A stretch of DNA of 63,745 nucleotides, filler included, from Chiloscyllium plagiosum (GCF_004010195.1; 4 parts of one record of this genome joined end to end with filler, not necessarily neighbours in it); one strand, 5' to 3'. Shown: positions 25,305 through 39,110, counted from the whole stretch's first letter. Numbers and translations are program-made. Notes: a model not told the origin generated them from the letters alone.

Positions 25305-26310
25305 GCCTCCCGTCTGGGACCCTCATCCCTGCACCTGCTTCTAGTCTGGGACCCACTTCCCCGTGCCAGCCTCCAGTCTGGGGCTCACCTCCCTGTGACA
25401 GACTCCAGTCTGGGACTCCCCTCCCAGTGCCAGCCTCCAGTCTGGGGTTCACCTCCCCGTGCCAGCCTCCGGTCTGGGGTTCACCTCCCCGTGCCATCCT
25501 CCAGTCTGGGGTTCACCTCCCAGTGACAGACTCAAGTCTGGACTCATGTCCTCATGCCAGCCTCCAGTCTGGGACCCGCCTCCTTGCACCTGGCTCGAGT
25601 CTGGGACTCCCCTCCCTACACCTGCCTCCAGTCTGGGAACCCCCTCCCTGCACCAGCCTCCAGTCTGGGACCCCCCTCCCTACACCAGCCTCCAGTTTGG
25701 GACTCCCCTCCCTACACCAGCCTCCAGGCTGGGACCCCCCTCCCTATACCAGCCTCCAGTCTGGGACCTCCCTCCCTGCACCCGGCTCCAGTCTTGGACT
25801 CACCTCCCTGCACCAGCCTCCAGTCTGGGACTCNNNNNNNNNNNNNNNNNNNNNNNNNNNNNNNNNNNNNNNNNNNNTTAATTAATTAANNNNNNNNNNN
25901 NNNNNNNNNNNNNNNNNNNNNNNNNNNNNNNNNCAGTCTGGGACTCCCCTCCCTGCACCCGGCTCCAGTCTGGGACTCTCTTCCCTGCGCCCGGCTCCAG
26001 TCTGGGACTCCCCTCCCTGCGCCCGGCTCCAGTCTGGGACTCACCTCCCTGCGCCCGGCTCCAGTCTGGGACTCCCCTCCCTGCGCCCGGCTCCAGTCTG
26101 GGACTCACCTCCCTGCACATGGCTCCAGTCTGGGACTCACCTCCCTGCACATGGCTCCAGTCTGGGACTCCCCTCCCTGCACCTGGCTCCAGTCTGGGAC
26201 TCTCCTACCGTGCCAGCCTCTAGTCTGGGACTCACCTCCTGCACCAGCCTCCAGTCTGGGACTCACCTCCTGCACCAGCCTCTAGTCTGGGACTCACCTC
26301 CTGCACCAGC
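25305..26310. repeat. GC-rich minisatellite, 31-32-bp unit (CAGTCTGGGACTCCCCTCCCTGCACCCGGCTC and variants)
   Basis: Directly visible tandem units on both sides of the gap. Confidence 0.95.
25834..25933. other. Assembly gap with artificial linker
   Basis: 44 N + TTAATTAATTAA + 44 N. Confidence 0.97.
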
Positions 26311-27199
26311 TGGGTTTGGAACACACCTGCGATGGCCTCCAGTCAGCAGTCACCTCCTCCATTTCCCTCTGAGTAAGTTTAAAGTTTAAAATTTGAATAA
26401 AAACACTGCAGGAAAGGGAAAAGAAGAGAAAAGTAAAAGAAATGGAATGGGCAGAGGAGAGGAGCTCTGACTGGAGTGCCCGACTCTGCTGCCAGGTCTT
26501 GCTGCATGTGCATGTGGACTGTTTCAGTGTCTGCAAGGTTGCAAATGGAGCTGAACACAATGCAATCATCAGCAAACATCCTCACTTCTGAAGGATGATG
26601 AAGGAATTGTCAATAATAAAGCAGCTGAAGGTGGTTTTACTGAGAAAACCGACTTGAGAAATCCTGTAACACCGCCCTGGGGTTAAGATGGCTTGCTAGC
26701 AGCAGTAACCTTTCTTGTGCTAGATATGACTGTAACCAGTAGAGTTTTCATCTTCATTCCCATTGACTTCAGTTTTATGAGGTGTCTTTGATACCACACT
26801 CAGTCAGGAGCTGCCTTGACCCTTAACTTAATTTTCCCCTTAACCCGACAATGCAGCTTTTATTGTCTGTATTTGGGCTGACATAAAATCAGGCCCACAG
26901 AGTTGTTCCTGACTGCACTCAAACTAACCTTTGTTCAGCAAGTTATTCATCAGTAAGTTATTCTTTATTGCTGTAATGATGATCTTTTCCACAATTTGTT
27001 GATGCTTGTGACGAGGTGGTAATTAGCTGGAATAGATTGTCTTCTTTTTGTGACAGGAAAGAATAAAGCTTTTTCAAGTACTTGTAACATCACTGCTTAT
27101 GTTTTTCCAACTTTTCAGCATGCTAATAAAAAGCTTCCAAAACCATTTAATCCAGGGAGAGGAATCACCATGGACTCCTCCTATCACCTAACGCCTCAA

Positions 27200-27925
27200 A
27201 TGATTTGGAGATGCAGGTGTTGGACTGGGGTATACAAACTTAAAAATCACACAACACCAGGTTATAGTCCAACAGGTTTAATTGGAAGCACAAGCTTTCG
27301 GAGCGCTGCTCCTTCATCAGGTGAGTGTGGACTACAAGATTGTAAGACATAGAATTTATAGCAAAACTTTACAGTGCATACAACTGAGGTGATATATTGA
27401 AAAAGACTTGGATTTTTTGCTAAGTCTCTCATCTTTTAGAATGATCATGTTGTTTTAGTGCTTTCATAGGTAAATCCCAGAACGTTTTTTAAAGGTACGT
27501 TCTCAAGTGAACTTTGATTGTATTCCTAAAAAAGGGATTTATAGAATTTTACATGGATTCATGCAGTTGTTGAGCAAAGTAAAATATACTTGTGCAAGTA
27601 CAAATTCACACCACAAACTTATTTGTGTGTGTGCGTGTGTGTGTCCACGAACCCAAGTTCCTGGTTGAGGCTATCCCTATGGGTACCGAACTTAGCTATC
27701 AGCCTCTGCTCGGCTACTTTGCATTGTTGCCTGTCCCAAAGTCCGCCTTGGAGGATGGTCACTGAAAGGTCTAAGGCTGAATGTCCCGGACTGTTGAAGT
27801 GTTCCCCAATTGGGAAGGAACACTCCTGCCTGGTGATTGTTGTGCGGTGTCCATTCATCCACTGCCACAGCCTCTGTTTGGTCTCACCAATGTACCATGC
27901 CTCAGGGCATTCTTCCTGCAGCATA
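27200..27925 (-). mobile_element. Penelope-like element 3' fragment (same family as 1-2203)
   Basis: ORF 27619-27939 CPEAWYIGETKQRL...HFNSPGHS...AEQRLIAKFGTHRDSLN; 3' UTR matches 1680-2203. Confidence 0.92.
27289..27323 (-). ncRNA. Minimal type I hammerhead ribozyme motif
   Basis: Minus strand: CAC-CTGATGA-A-GGAGC(AGC)GCTCC-GAAA-GCTT-GTG. Confidence 0.83.
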
Positions 27926-29919
27926 TGAGAATTATTCATGGCTGAGACTAGAACTCAACGAAAGAGGAGCAGGTGAGAGGAGGACTCCAATACGGGCAGT
28001 CCACAACACTTAGAGCAGCAGGTGAGAGGAATCAATGCAGTTTAGTGAAGTCTAGTCTTTATATGTAGCTCCATAAGCTGTATGCAGAACCTTATTAGCC
28101 AAACAACAAGGTTGCAATCTTTTAGGGGCCTAAACAACATGAGTTGTGGTGAGAAATGTAACAAAGTAGTATGAGAAGTCCTACATCAATGTTAGGCCTA
28201 CACCAATATGGGGAAAAACTTGCTGCACCTTTTAACTACTCCTGGCATCAAGGCAAAATTCTTGCTAGGCAGTGGTTACTTTCCTCCAGAGGGGGATTGT
28301 TACTTGATAACAACCTCATTAAGTACTCATCTTACCTCATTAATATGCAGCTTCTCATCCTACCACCAGTTCTGAGCAAACCAGATGCCGCGAATTTTCG
28401 ATGTGGAAGTCACAGTGGGTACCTGACGACCTCAGCTCAGTGCTGGCTATAAAGTGCTTCCGTGTTTCTGACAACACAACGACATCTCAGGGCACAATCC
28501 ACAGGCACCAACTGCACACACCTCTTCTTCTCAGACATTGGCATCTGACACTTGCCAATCCCTCACATTTCTTCTAGCATCTCTCTGATCTATTTGCAGG
28601 ATACTTAGGGAGCACAGATGTAGCATTAGATGTAGCATCAGTAACTAGCATTAAATGACAGCTGCAAGGACTTTTCCCATGCGCTGACAGATATCCAGCT
28701 CATAGAGTGGACTAGGTATATATTTAAGGGCTGCTCACTTGCTGTCTTAGCACTTACTTGGCGCTTGACTGCATGCTGACAGCATCCGTGCTTTGCCTTG
28801 CCATGCCAGTTAGCCCAGTCACACAGTCAAACCTCTTGCCTTGCTTGTCATCAATCCTCAGTCATGGCAGGGAGGGGGGTCTTTATCTCCCTGTGTGCCA
28901 CTGTGCAATATCAATCTCACACTTGCACCATGTACCAGCAACGTGCACAGCCCACACATTGCATGTACCGCAAGTGATGTCTCAAAGTCTTCAGGGAGTA
29001 GAGCTCTGGCACCTGTCCACCAGGGCATCTGAATACAGTAAACCAAGGGCAGCCTTCGATACCAGTCCAGGGGGCTAGACGAGGTCAGGGAGTCCGTGCC
29101 TCTGCAGTCTAGGGAACGGGTTATTCTGCAGCTCCATTGTGGCCAGTCAAGCATAATAGGACCAATATGAGTGGGATATCTACAAGCATCAGTTAGGGAT
29201 GTGGGCACATCTCATTCTGGATCAGGTTGCTCAAGAGAACAGGCAAAAGACAGTCCATTAGGTCATCCAGAGGAATTAAGGTTGGGGTCACTGCTGCAGT
29301 ATGAGGTCTCGGGAAACTATGCATTGAGATTGGGGACTGCAGGCTGGGGATGACAATTGTTGGAGGGGAAGGGTGACTGTACTTGTAAGAAAGAGATATG
29401 GTGAAGCATGGATGGGAATGGGTAATGTGAACAGGTATTCGTCAATGGTCAGAAACACCCTGACTTTAAGGTGGCATGGTCACCTCATATGTCAGGGACT
29501 GCTGGGGAAAAGATGGGGAAGTCTGGTCTCATGTAGGTAGCTCTGGTGGAAACCTGGGAGGTTGGATGCCTTTGAGGTTCATGGAAAGAGCTATCAGGAA
29601 GGGATCTGGATGTTCAGGGCCTCACTAGGGCAAGAATTGGGAGAGACTGAAAATCACTGGCTATTGCATGAGACCAATGTGCTGGAAATCAAGAAGTTAC
29701 AGTGGGAAGTAAATGGCTCTGACCACACTCATAGTGAGCAGGGTAAGTGTCTCAACTTGTGGGGATAGGGCTGAAAGACCCACTGATGTGAGGCTCTTTA
29801 GAGGTAAGAACACAGACAGATGACAAACATGCACAAGACATTGGCCCTAAGTGTGGATTGTTAAGCAAGTTTGGTTAGCTACAGCAAAAACCGTCTAACA
29901 ATATATTCAAGAAGAATAT

Positions 29920-31625
29920 GAAGCTGAGTAAAGATGGAGGAGTAATGGTGTTAATCAAAGCTGGCATTTGTGCAAGACATGAACTTGGTTCAGGAGATCA
30001 GGATGTTGAATTGATTTGAGTGGAGATGAAAAATATTATGAGAAATAAGTGATTAGTGGGAGTGGTCTACAGGTCCACAAACAGTAACCATAACGTTGGA
30101 AGATATATTTGGTACTTGTGATAAATGGATGGTAATAAATGTGGATAACTTTACTTTACATATAAACTGGAAAAATTAGATTGGTAGCAGTGGCCTGGAT
30201 AAAAAGTTTATAGAGAACTTCAAAGATAGTTCCTTAGAGTAGCATATGCTGGAACCAAGAAGAGAGCAGGTTATATTAGACTTGGTATTGTAGAATGTGA
30301 CAAGATTAATTAATGACTGCAGAGCAAAGGAACGTTTATATTGCAGCACCCATGAAATATTTGAATTTTACTTGATTGGGAGAAGATTGGTTTCTGAGAC
30401 TACTGTTTTAAATCGAAATTAGGGAAGCCATATCGACATGAGAGCTGAGCTAGTTGAAATGAATGATAAAGTGGAGTCTGAAGACATACAATACTTGACT
30501 TTCCAGAAAGCCTTTAAAAGGTTCCGTATCAAAGGTTATTGCAGGAAATAAACACTCAAGGTATAAGGGTAACATATTAGCATGGATAGAACATTGGCTG
30601 GCTGGCAGAAAACAAGGATTACACATAAATACATCTTTGCCTGATTGGCAGGACTTGATGAATGGATCCCTACGGGCATCTGTATTGGTGCCTCAACCTT
30701 TTACAATTTACATCAATGACTTTGATAAAGGGAGTGAAATTATGACAACTAGAGTTTGATAAATGATGCTAGGATAGACAGGAAAGCTTGTTGAAAAGAA
30801 GGCATAAGTAGGTTGCAGATTGACAGAGATAATTTAAGTGAGTGACAAAAGTCTGGCAGAAGCAATATGATATTGGAAAATGTGATGTTGTTCACTTTTG
30901 CAGGAAGAAATCAAAATTGGAATGTTACTCAAATGGAGCATGACGGTGGAATTCTGAGGTACAGAGGGATTTTGGTGTGCTCATGTAGGAGTCACAAAAC
31001 ATTAGTATGCACATGCGGCACATAATCAAGAAAGCTAATTACATCATCTCCTTTATTAAGAGAAGAATTAAAAATAAAAATAAGGATGTATTACCTCAGT
31101 TACATTGGGCATTGTTGGGAACACGTCTCAAATATTGTGTGAAGTATTGGTTTCTTTACTTCAAGAAATATATAAATGCATTGGAGGCAGTTCAGAGGAT
31201 GTTTACTAGATTGATATCTGGAATGAATGGGCTGTCTTACAGGTTCAACAGACTGTTCTGTCCCCATTGGATTTGGAAGAGTGAAGGGTGATTAAATGTG
31301 TAACACCTGAATGACCTTGACTAGGTGGATGTGGAAATTATGCTTCCTCTTGTAGATTAACCAGAACTAGGGATATTGTTTTAAAATTAAGTAGTGCTCT
31401 TTTAAGAAAGAGATGCCGAGAATTATTTTTCTGTCAGTATTGTGTGATTTTGCAACTCTGTGTCAGATAGTGGAAGCTGGGACATTCAGTATTTAAGGCC
31501 GGGGTAAACGAGATTGCTGTGGAGGAAGATGGGAATGGTGAACTTAAAGCAAAAGGGTCAGCCAAGATTTTATTGAATGGCAGAACAGATTCAAGAAGCT
31601 GAATGGTTTACTTCTGCTCCTATTT
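29920..31625 (+). mobile_element. Old CR1 LINE (endonuclease and RT remnants)
   Basis: GVVYRS..NSN (~30058), DFQKAF (~30497), ALEAVQRMFTRLI (ORF 31007-31291). Confidence 0.8.
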
Positions 31626-31629
31626 TCCA

Positions 31630-31955
31630 AGCCCCCTGAGACAGCACTTTCCAAATCCACAAACATTACCATCTCGAAACACAAGAACATCAGATCCATG
31701 GAAACGCAATCAACTGCAGTTCCCCTCCATGCTGTACATCATCCTGATTTGGAAATATATCACTGTTTCTTCACTGTTGCTGGGTCAAAGTCTTGGTACT
31801 CCCATGTTAATGGCATTGTGGGTTTACCTACAACAAATGGACTACCATGATTCAAGAAGGCACTTCAGATCATCATCTGAAGGACAACCCGGGATAGGTA
31901 ATAAATATTGGCCAAACCTGTGATGTCCACATCCCATTAATGTATAATAAAATAC
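31630..31955 (+). mobile_element. LINE family B 3' end
   Basis: Homologous to 15720-16020. Confidence 0.78.
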
Positions 31956-32019
31956 TTTCTTATGTTTGTTTGAAAAAAAAACTAATTTCAGACCAGAAAG
32001 CAAGGAACTGTTGGCCAAG

Positions 32020-33395
32020 TAATTTCACATTGGGAAATTGATAGAATCTATTGGCAAGGAAGAGAGAATATGTTACTGAGACAATCAGAATGTCAGCTAC
32101 AGAGTCAAATCCATTTTGTCAAAGGGAAATTATGTTTAACTTATTTCTAAAGGTTTTTGAGAATGTAAGAAAAAAACTTATATTTTTGGGAGCAAGGTGG
32201 TGAAAGTGCAACCTCTGGATGTGTTGTATTTGTTTTTTGAAAAGACATTTGACAAGGTGCCACATCAAAGGTTTCCAAATAAGAGCTTATGGTGGAAAGC
32301 GTAACATACTAGCATGGATTGAGGATTGATTCACTAACAGTAAGCACAAAGTGGAGATAAACTAGTTTCTTTCAGGTTGGAAAGCTGGATCTAGTGGAGT
32401 GTCACTGGAATCCATGCTTGGACCTGAACTATTTTCAATCTAATCAATGACTTGGATATGTAGGTTGAATGTATGGTAGATAAATTTGCAGATGACACCA
32501 TAATAGATAAGAAAGTGAATTGTCAAGTCGAGATAGAGAGTCTGCAAAGGGATTTAGATAGGGTAAATGAGTGGGCAAATAATTTGCGGGTGAAGAATAA
32601 TGTGGCACAATATGAATTAGGCCACTTTGCAAGAAAGTATAGGAAAGCAGTATCTTAGTTACATGAAGAGAAATTACAAAATTTGGATGTTCAGAGAGAT
32701 CTGGGATCCTGGTACATGGATCATAAAAAGTTAACATGCAGGTGTGGCAAGTGATTAGGAAATAAAATTGAATATTATTGTTTATTGCAAGGGAATAAAA
32801 TATAAGTGTGGAGAAAACATATTGCAGCTGTACAGGCCTTAGTGAGATCACATTTGGAGTACTCTGCACAATTTTACCCTCCCTAACTGATAAAGGATAT
32901 AATTGCATTAGAAGCAGTTTAGAGAAGGTTCATCAACTCATTCCTGGGATAACAGTTTTATCTTATGAAGAAAGATAAACACATTGAGTCTTTTGCTTTA
33001 GAGAAAAGAGAGGCAATCTTATTTGAAAAATATAAGAACCTAAGGGGAATTACCAGGATGTATTCTGAGATGATGTTTTTGCTTGCAAAAAAGACCAGAA
33101 CTAGGGGATATAGATTAAGAATAAGAAGTCATGCCTTTACGACAGAGATAAGAATATTTCTTTCTTAGAGGATGGCTAGTCTGTGGAAACCAGAAACCAG
33201 TGGAAACTGATTCATTGAATTCATTTGAGCCTGAATTACATTTTTGATAGACAATCCAGCCCAGGATTATGAATGACAGACAAGAATGTGAAACTGGGCT
33301 GATAACCAGATCAATCATGATCTTGTTGGACAATGGAGCAAGATTGAAGGGCCAAATGGCCAACTCCTGCCTCTAAATACTGTGTTCCTATGTTG
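32020..33395 (+). mobile_element. Old CR1 LINE RT/3' fragment
   Basis: FDKVPHQR; KFADDT...SLQRDLDRVNEWA; tail TTCCTATGTT. Confidence 0.82.
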
Positions 33396-35151
33396 AATAC
33401 ACATACTAGAAATTCAACAAAAAAAAAGGCTGAACATAGAATTACTTACAGATTTGCTTAGAATAGAATTGACAAGCGGAAAAGTAGATTGAGATGATCA
33501 CATAACTCAGTAAAATGCCTTTTCATCTTTCTGACCTCAGTGGATATGCAACAGAATTGTCATATTCTTTCTTTTCTTTTTATAGCAAACGACTGACCTT
33601 CTGCAAATTTACAGCACCTTTTGTTTCCGTTGTAAATTCAGATTGATGGGAACCATGGAAGTGTCACACCATTAAAAGATGAATAATGTAAGTGGTGAAG
33701 CCATATGTGACTGTGAGTTTTCCAGGCATTCACTTTTGGCACACTGTGTTTGAGGTGGACTGGGGGTGGGGAAAACAGTCTGTGAGAGAGAAAGAATCAT
33801 GGAGAATCGTTGAGAGAACACATAAATTGAGTTTGGTTTGCGGTAGGAGCTGTATGACCTTTCCTCTTTTTATGCTTTCTTTGGTTTTAATCAGAAAATT
33901 GGCAGGAAATCTTTTTTCAAAGAATGGTTGGATTTGAAATGCCACTGCATCATAGCAATGTTTATTGGAAGTATAAAGGACAGATCTAAAAGAAAGGTTA
34001 ATACCGGGTTGCCTAGAAGACAACCATAATTTAACTGTACATTAAAAAACAAAGATCGTGATGATAAGGATCAACTAAAGAATTATCCGACAATCTGAAT
34101 TAGAGAGAAGCAAAATAGAAATAAATCAATTTAATGTTTTTACTTCAGATCAAAACATTTCAGCACTCATTACTTTTGATGTGCAAAGAATATTAGTATG
34201 GGGGCAAAAATGAAATGCAATAACACTTCATGCGGAGCATAGTTTTTTGAACTGCAGTAGTTGATTAATAAGGAAGTTCAAACTGAGTGGTCAACTTGCC
34301 TCTCAGTTCTCATTACTATCTCTTGTTTTAATTTAAGCATTTTGTTTGTGATTCCAGTGCCTACCTGAATTAGACTGAAACCCTTATTAAATTATTCAAA
34401 TTCAAATCTTATAATCCACCTTGGAAATAAATGCAGTTTAAGACAACTCCGGGGTGGATCATGCATAATGGACAGTCAATATAAATCAAATCCTTTAGCT
34501 AAAGGGGTACTTCCCAAAAATATAAAGGTAAATTATTTTTACAAGGCTAAGAAAGCCCAGAATGCTTATTGAAGTTTCATTAGAACAATCAAGACAGCTG
34601 CTGCCAACAAACACGCCTCACTCCAGCCTTTCTTTATTGTCAACTGAACTCCCGCAAGAAGCTCATGGGCAATGTTATGAGGTCAGGTTTTCTACGTGGA
34701 TTAGATTTCCCACCAGAAGGATTAAACCATTGAACTGTTTATTCTGCATTCAGAATCAGTATTTAATATGTAACCAATGCAATTTCATCTAGAATAAGTC
34801 AGTTTCAAATTACACTCAGATTCAAATTTCTGGCATATATAACTTTCAAACAATGTTTATTTTGATTGAAATGCTGTGCTTTCTGATTTTGGAATTTGAG
34901 ATGTCAAATTTACTATAATTTTCCAGTTTTAAACAGGAAGAAATAAATGTTAATTATTTCAGTTTTCCACTTGGTAAGTTTGTGCTAATGAATTTCATTA
35001 GTCTTACTGGCACATTGCTCTCTAATCAGAACTTCCCTGCAATAATCTTTGTTTTGTTCCTCTCAAGTGGTTTAGCAATCAATTAACTAGTTGAATAACA
35101 GCTAAAGATCTTAATCCAGTTCTGGAGAACAGATCACAGCAAGACGGTGAG

Positions 35152-37105
35152 CATAGAGTCATAGAGTCAGAGAGATGTACAGCATGGAAATAGACCCTTT
35201 GGTCCAACTCGTCCATGCAGACCAGATATCCCAACCCAACCTAGTCCCACCCTCCAGCACCCGGCCCATATCCCTCCAAACACTTCCTATTCATATACCC
35301 ATCCAGATGCCTTTTAAATGTTGCAATTGTACCAGCCTCCACCACTTCCTCTGACAGCTCATTCCATACACGTACCACCCTCTGTGTGAAAACGTTGCAC
35401 CTTAGGTCTCTTTTATATCTTTCCCCTCTCACCCGAAACCTATGCCGTCTCGTTAGGGACTCCCCAACCCCAGGGAAGAGACTTTGCCTATTTACCCTAT
35501 CCATGCCCCTCATAAGTTTGTAAACCTCTATAAAGTCTCCCCTTAGCCTCCGACGCTCCAGGGAAACAGCCCCAGCCTGTTCAGCCTCTCCCCATAGCTC
35601 AAATCCTCCAACCCTGGCAACATCCTTGTAAATCTTTTCTGAACACTTTCAAGTTTCAGAACATCTTTCCAATAGGAAGGAGACCAGAATTGCATGCAAT
35701 ATTCCAACAGTGGCCTAACCAATGTCCTGTACAGCTGCAACATGATCTCCCAACTCCTGTACTCAATACTCTGACCAATAAAAGAAAGCATACCAAACGC
35801 CTTCTTCACTACCCTATCTACCTGCGACTCCACTTTCAAGGAGCTATGAACCTGTACTCCAAGGTCTCTTTGTTTAGCAACACTCCCTAGGACGTTATCA
35901 TTAAGTGTATCAGTCCTACTAAGATTTGCTTTCCCAAAATGCAGCACCTCGCATTTATCTGAATTAAACTCCATCTGCCACTTCTCAACCCATTAGCCCA
36001 CCTGGTCAAGATCCTGTTGTAATCTGAGGTAACCCTCTTTGCTGTCCACTACATCTCCAATTTTGGTGTCATCTACAAACTTACTAACTGTACCTCTTAT
36101 GCTCACATCCAAATCATTTATGTAAATGACAAAAAGCAGAGGACACAGCACCGATCCTTGTGGCACTCCACTGGTCACAGGCTCCAGTCTGAAAAACAGC
36201 ACTCCACCGCCACCCTCTGTCTTCTACCTTTGAGCCAGTTCTGTATCCAAATGGCTAGTTCTCCCTGTATTCCATGAGCTCTAACCTTGCTATTCAGTCT
36301 CCCATGGGGAACTTTGTCGAACACCTTACTGAAGTCCATATAGATCACATCTATCGCTCTGCCCTCATCAATCCTCTTTGTTACTTCTTCAAAAAACTCA
36401 ATCAAGTTTGTGAGACATGAGTTACCACACATAAAGCCATGTTGACTATCCCTAATCAGTTCTTGCCTTTCCAAAGACATGTACATCTTGTCCCTCAGGA
36501 TTCCCTCCAACAACTTGCTCACCACCGAAGTTAGGCTCACTGGTCTATAGTTTCCTGGCTTGTCCTTACCACCCTTCTTAAACAGTGGCACCACATTTAC
36601 CAACCTCTAGTCTTTTGGCACCTCACCTGTGACTATCGATGATACAAATATCTCAGCAAGAGGCCCAGCAATCACCTCTCTCGCTTCCAACAGAGTTCTC
36701 GGGTACACCTGATCAGGTCATGGGGATTTGTCCACCTTTACCCGTTTCAAGACATCCAGCACTTCCTTCTTTGTAATCTGGACATTTTGCAAGATGTCAC
36801 CATCAATTCCCTACAGTCTATATCTTCCATATCCTTTTCCACAGTAAATACTGATGCAAAATACTCATTTAGTATCTCCCCCATTTTCTGTGGTTCTACA
36901 CAAAGTCCGCCTTGCTTATCTTTGAGGGGCCCTATTCTCTCCCTAGTTACCCTTTGTCCTTAATGTATTTGTAAAAACCCTTTGGATTCTCCTTAATTCT
37001 ACTTACCAAAGCTATCTCATGTCCCCTTTTTGCCCTTCTGATTTCCCTCTTAAGTATACTCCTACTGCCTTTATACTCTTCCAAGGATTCACTCGATCTA
37101 TCCTG
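35152..37105 (-). mobile_element. Relatively young CR1 LINE, 5'-truncated (~1.95 kb)
   Basis: ORFs 36175-36603, 35993-36202, 35543-35974 and 35241-35513 are consecutive frameshifted ORF2 pieces; tail (CTCTATGA)n. Confidence 0.95.
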
Positions 37106-38599
37106 TTTTCAAGATTTTCTAAACCAGATTCCTAATCAATGCCATAAGATCCAAAATATTTGCTCTTATCTACATATTTGGAGGGAAATATTATTAGAAT
37201 CAGGAGACCTCTGACTCAAGGAGGTTACTCTTAAGAGGTTAAAGATATCCATGTTGAACTGGGAGTTGATTGGAGGAAAGTTGAAGGGAAATGTTGGCTG
37301 GTAGCAAGAGGAAGACCCAAGCAATCTCAAACCCAACACAAATCTTTGAAACTACCTTCAGAACAATTGTTAATCTTTCATTTTCTGAAAAGTATCTGAC
37401 TTGAAATTTTGGGAATATAAGTCAAATGGATATAGAACTAAAGTTGAACAAAGGGGTTAAGTTTAAAGAATAAATTTCTGTGTGCTTATTGTACCTTTAG
37501 TATCGTTAACCTAACTGACTACTTAAGACAGAATGTGATATTTAGTGTTCATTTTCTCTTATTCTTGCATTATAATATTTTATTTCAAGTTGTGAACCCA
37601 AAATCCTCACACTGCACCTACTTGACATTGGCTATAGAACATACATGGCAATCTGGATGGGGCTATTGGATGGCATAGAGGAAACCAGAGATTGGGATGT
37701 GAGGAAATGAGAAAGGAAGTAGGGGTATGAGGGGGTTTGGGTCTAGGTGAGGCATTGAGACGTGAGGTTTATGGGACATAGGAATGATCCTTGGAATTGG
37801 ACTGCAGTCCCTGTACCAAAATGGGAATTCTAACCAACATGCAGATCATAAATTGCAAATGGAACCTGACCATTGCTTGTAAAAGCAAAAATACTGAGTA
37901 AAGTTAGCACTGAATGGGGTATGCCAAAAGTTATGAAAGAGCCCAACATGAACTTTCTTAGTCTGAGAGGAAAATGTGCATTCTTGTTTTCATTGTTTAA
38001 CAATGTAGTAAAAATGTCAATATTTAATACAATTGCAAAAGAAGAATTGAAAGACATGTTTCGAAACATTTTAAGCACAATATATACAATACTCCATTCT
38101 GTGGAATAATACCTTGTTGACACAGTCAAAAAATTGTTTTTAAAATAGTAGATGCTTGAGCAAGAAACATTTCACAAGTTATCGGGAGTGTTGAAGAGAG
38201 TACAATCATACTAAATGACTCATTTGGAGTAAAATATTTCACAGACTTATGGGTTGATGTCATTTTTCTGTTCTGTAATGTTTTGTAATTCTTTCCAGTT
38301 TGATGATTTATTTTGACGAGCAAAGTTTAACGATTTTCTGTTTCCTGTAAAGGAGAATGAAATGTACAGCTGAGTAGTAAATCAGGATTTTAGACAACTT
38401 ACTGCTCATCAGCGCTGTTAAAAAGTTTACTGTGTGCCCATCAGTAGAGTACTGCTCCTGGCAGTGCAGTAAACTGTTTAAAAGCCAGAAGGTAGTTTGT
38501 GGAGTAGGTGCAGAGCTTGTGGCACCAGACAGTCTACTGTCACTGAAGCTAAAACTGAACCAGCAATTGAAAGTATGGTATTTTCCTCATGACTACTCC

Positions 38600-39110
38600 T
38601 GGTCCCTTGTGGGATTGTCAAAAATAGGCAAAACAGCAGAATTCCAAAGGTGAGGTGAGAGCGACTGTCCTTGACATCAAGACCACAATTGACCAAGTGT
38701 GATACCAGGGAACCTTAGCAAATCTAAAATCAATGGGAATCACTGCTGCTTGGAGTCAAGCCTAAAACAAAGGAAGATGGTCATGGTTGTTAAAGGTCAG
38801 CCATCTCAGCTTCAGGACATCTCTGCAGGAGTTCGTCAGGATGGATTCCAACCATCTGCAGCTGCTTCAACAACCACCTTCCCTACCTCATAAGGTCAGA
38901 AGTGGGGTGGTTTGCTGATAATTGCAGAATGTTCACGACCATTTAACACTCCTCAGATACTGAACCAGCCCATGATCAAATACAACATGACCTGAGCCTT
39001 GTCCAAGTTTGTCTGACTAGTAGCAATTAATATTCATGATCACAAGTGCCAGGTAATGAGCATCTCCAACAAGAGAGAATCCTAACCATTGCATTTTAGT
39101 ATTCAATGGT
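38600..39110 (+). mobile_element. LINE family B RT fragment
   Basis: VLDIKTTIDQV and FADNC; homologous to 2500-3020. Confidence 0.75.

Larger units (their letters stand above)
25066..26494 (-). mobile_element. Composite non-autonomous retroposon: unique head + GC-rich VNTR + Rex1/Babar-type 3' tail
   Basis: 7-bp direct repeat GGTCTTG (25059-25065, 26495-26501) in the host LINE. Minus-strand 3' end TTTTCACTG...TGACAATAAAGCTTA(TTCAA)n. Spans an assembly gap. Confidence 0.65.
24745..27060 (-). mobile_element. LINE family B fragment, split by the insertion at 25066-26494
   Basis: Minus ORF MRMFADDCIVFSSICN...QQDL (26585 down) continues at 25065 (...IQAYDDK). Confidence 0.75.

Noticed and set aside
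25878..25889. TTAATTAATTAA between N-runs (also 52264-52275 and 59324-59335)
   Set aside because: An identical 44N-12-44N layout three times with stops in all six frames: an artificial spacer, not biology.
25305..26310. 31-32-bp repeats as a CRISPR array; Pro-rich ORFs over them
   Set aside because: Units are directly adjacent with no unique spacers and the context is eukaryotic. The ORFs reflect stop-free repeat sequence.
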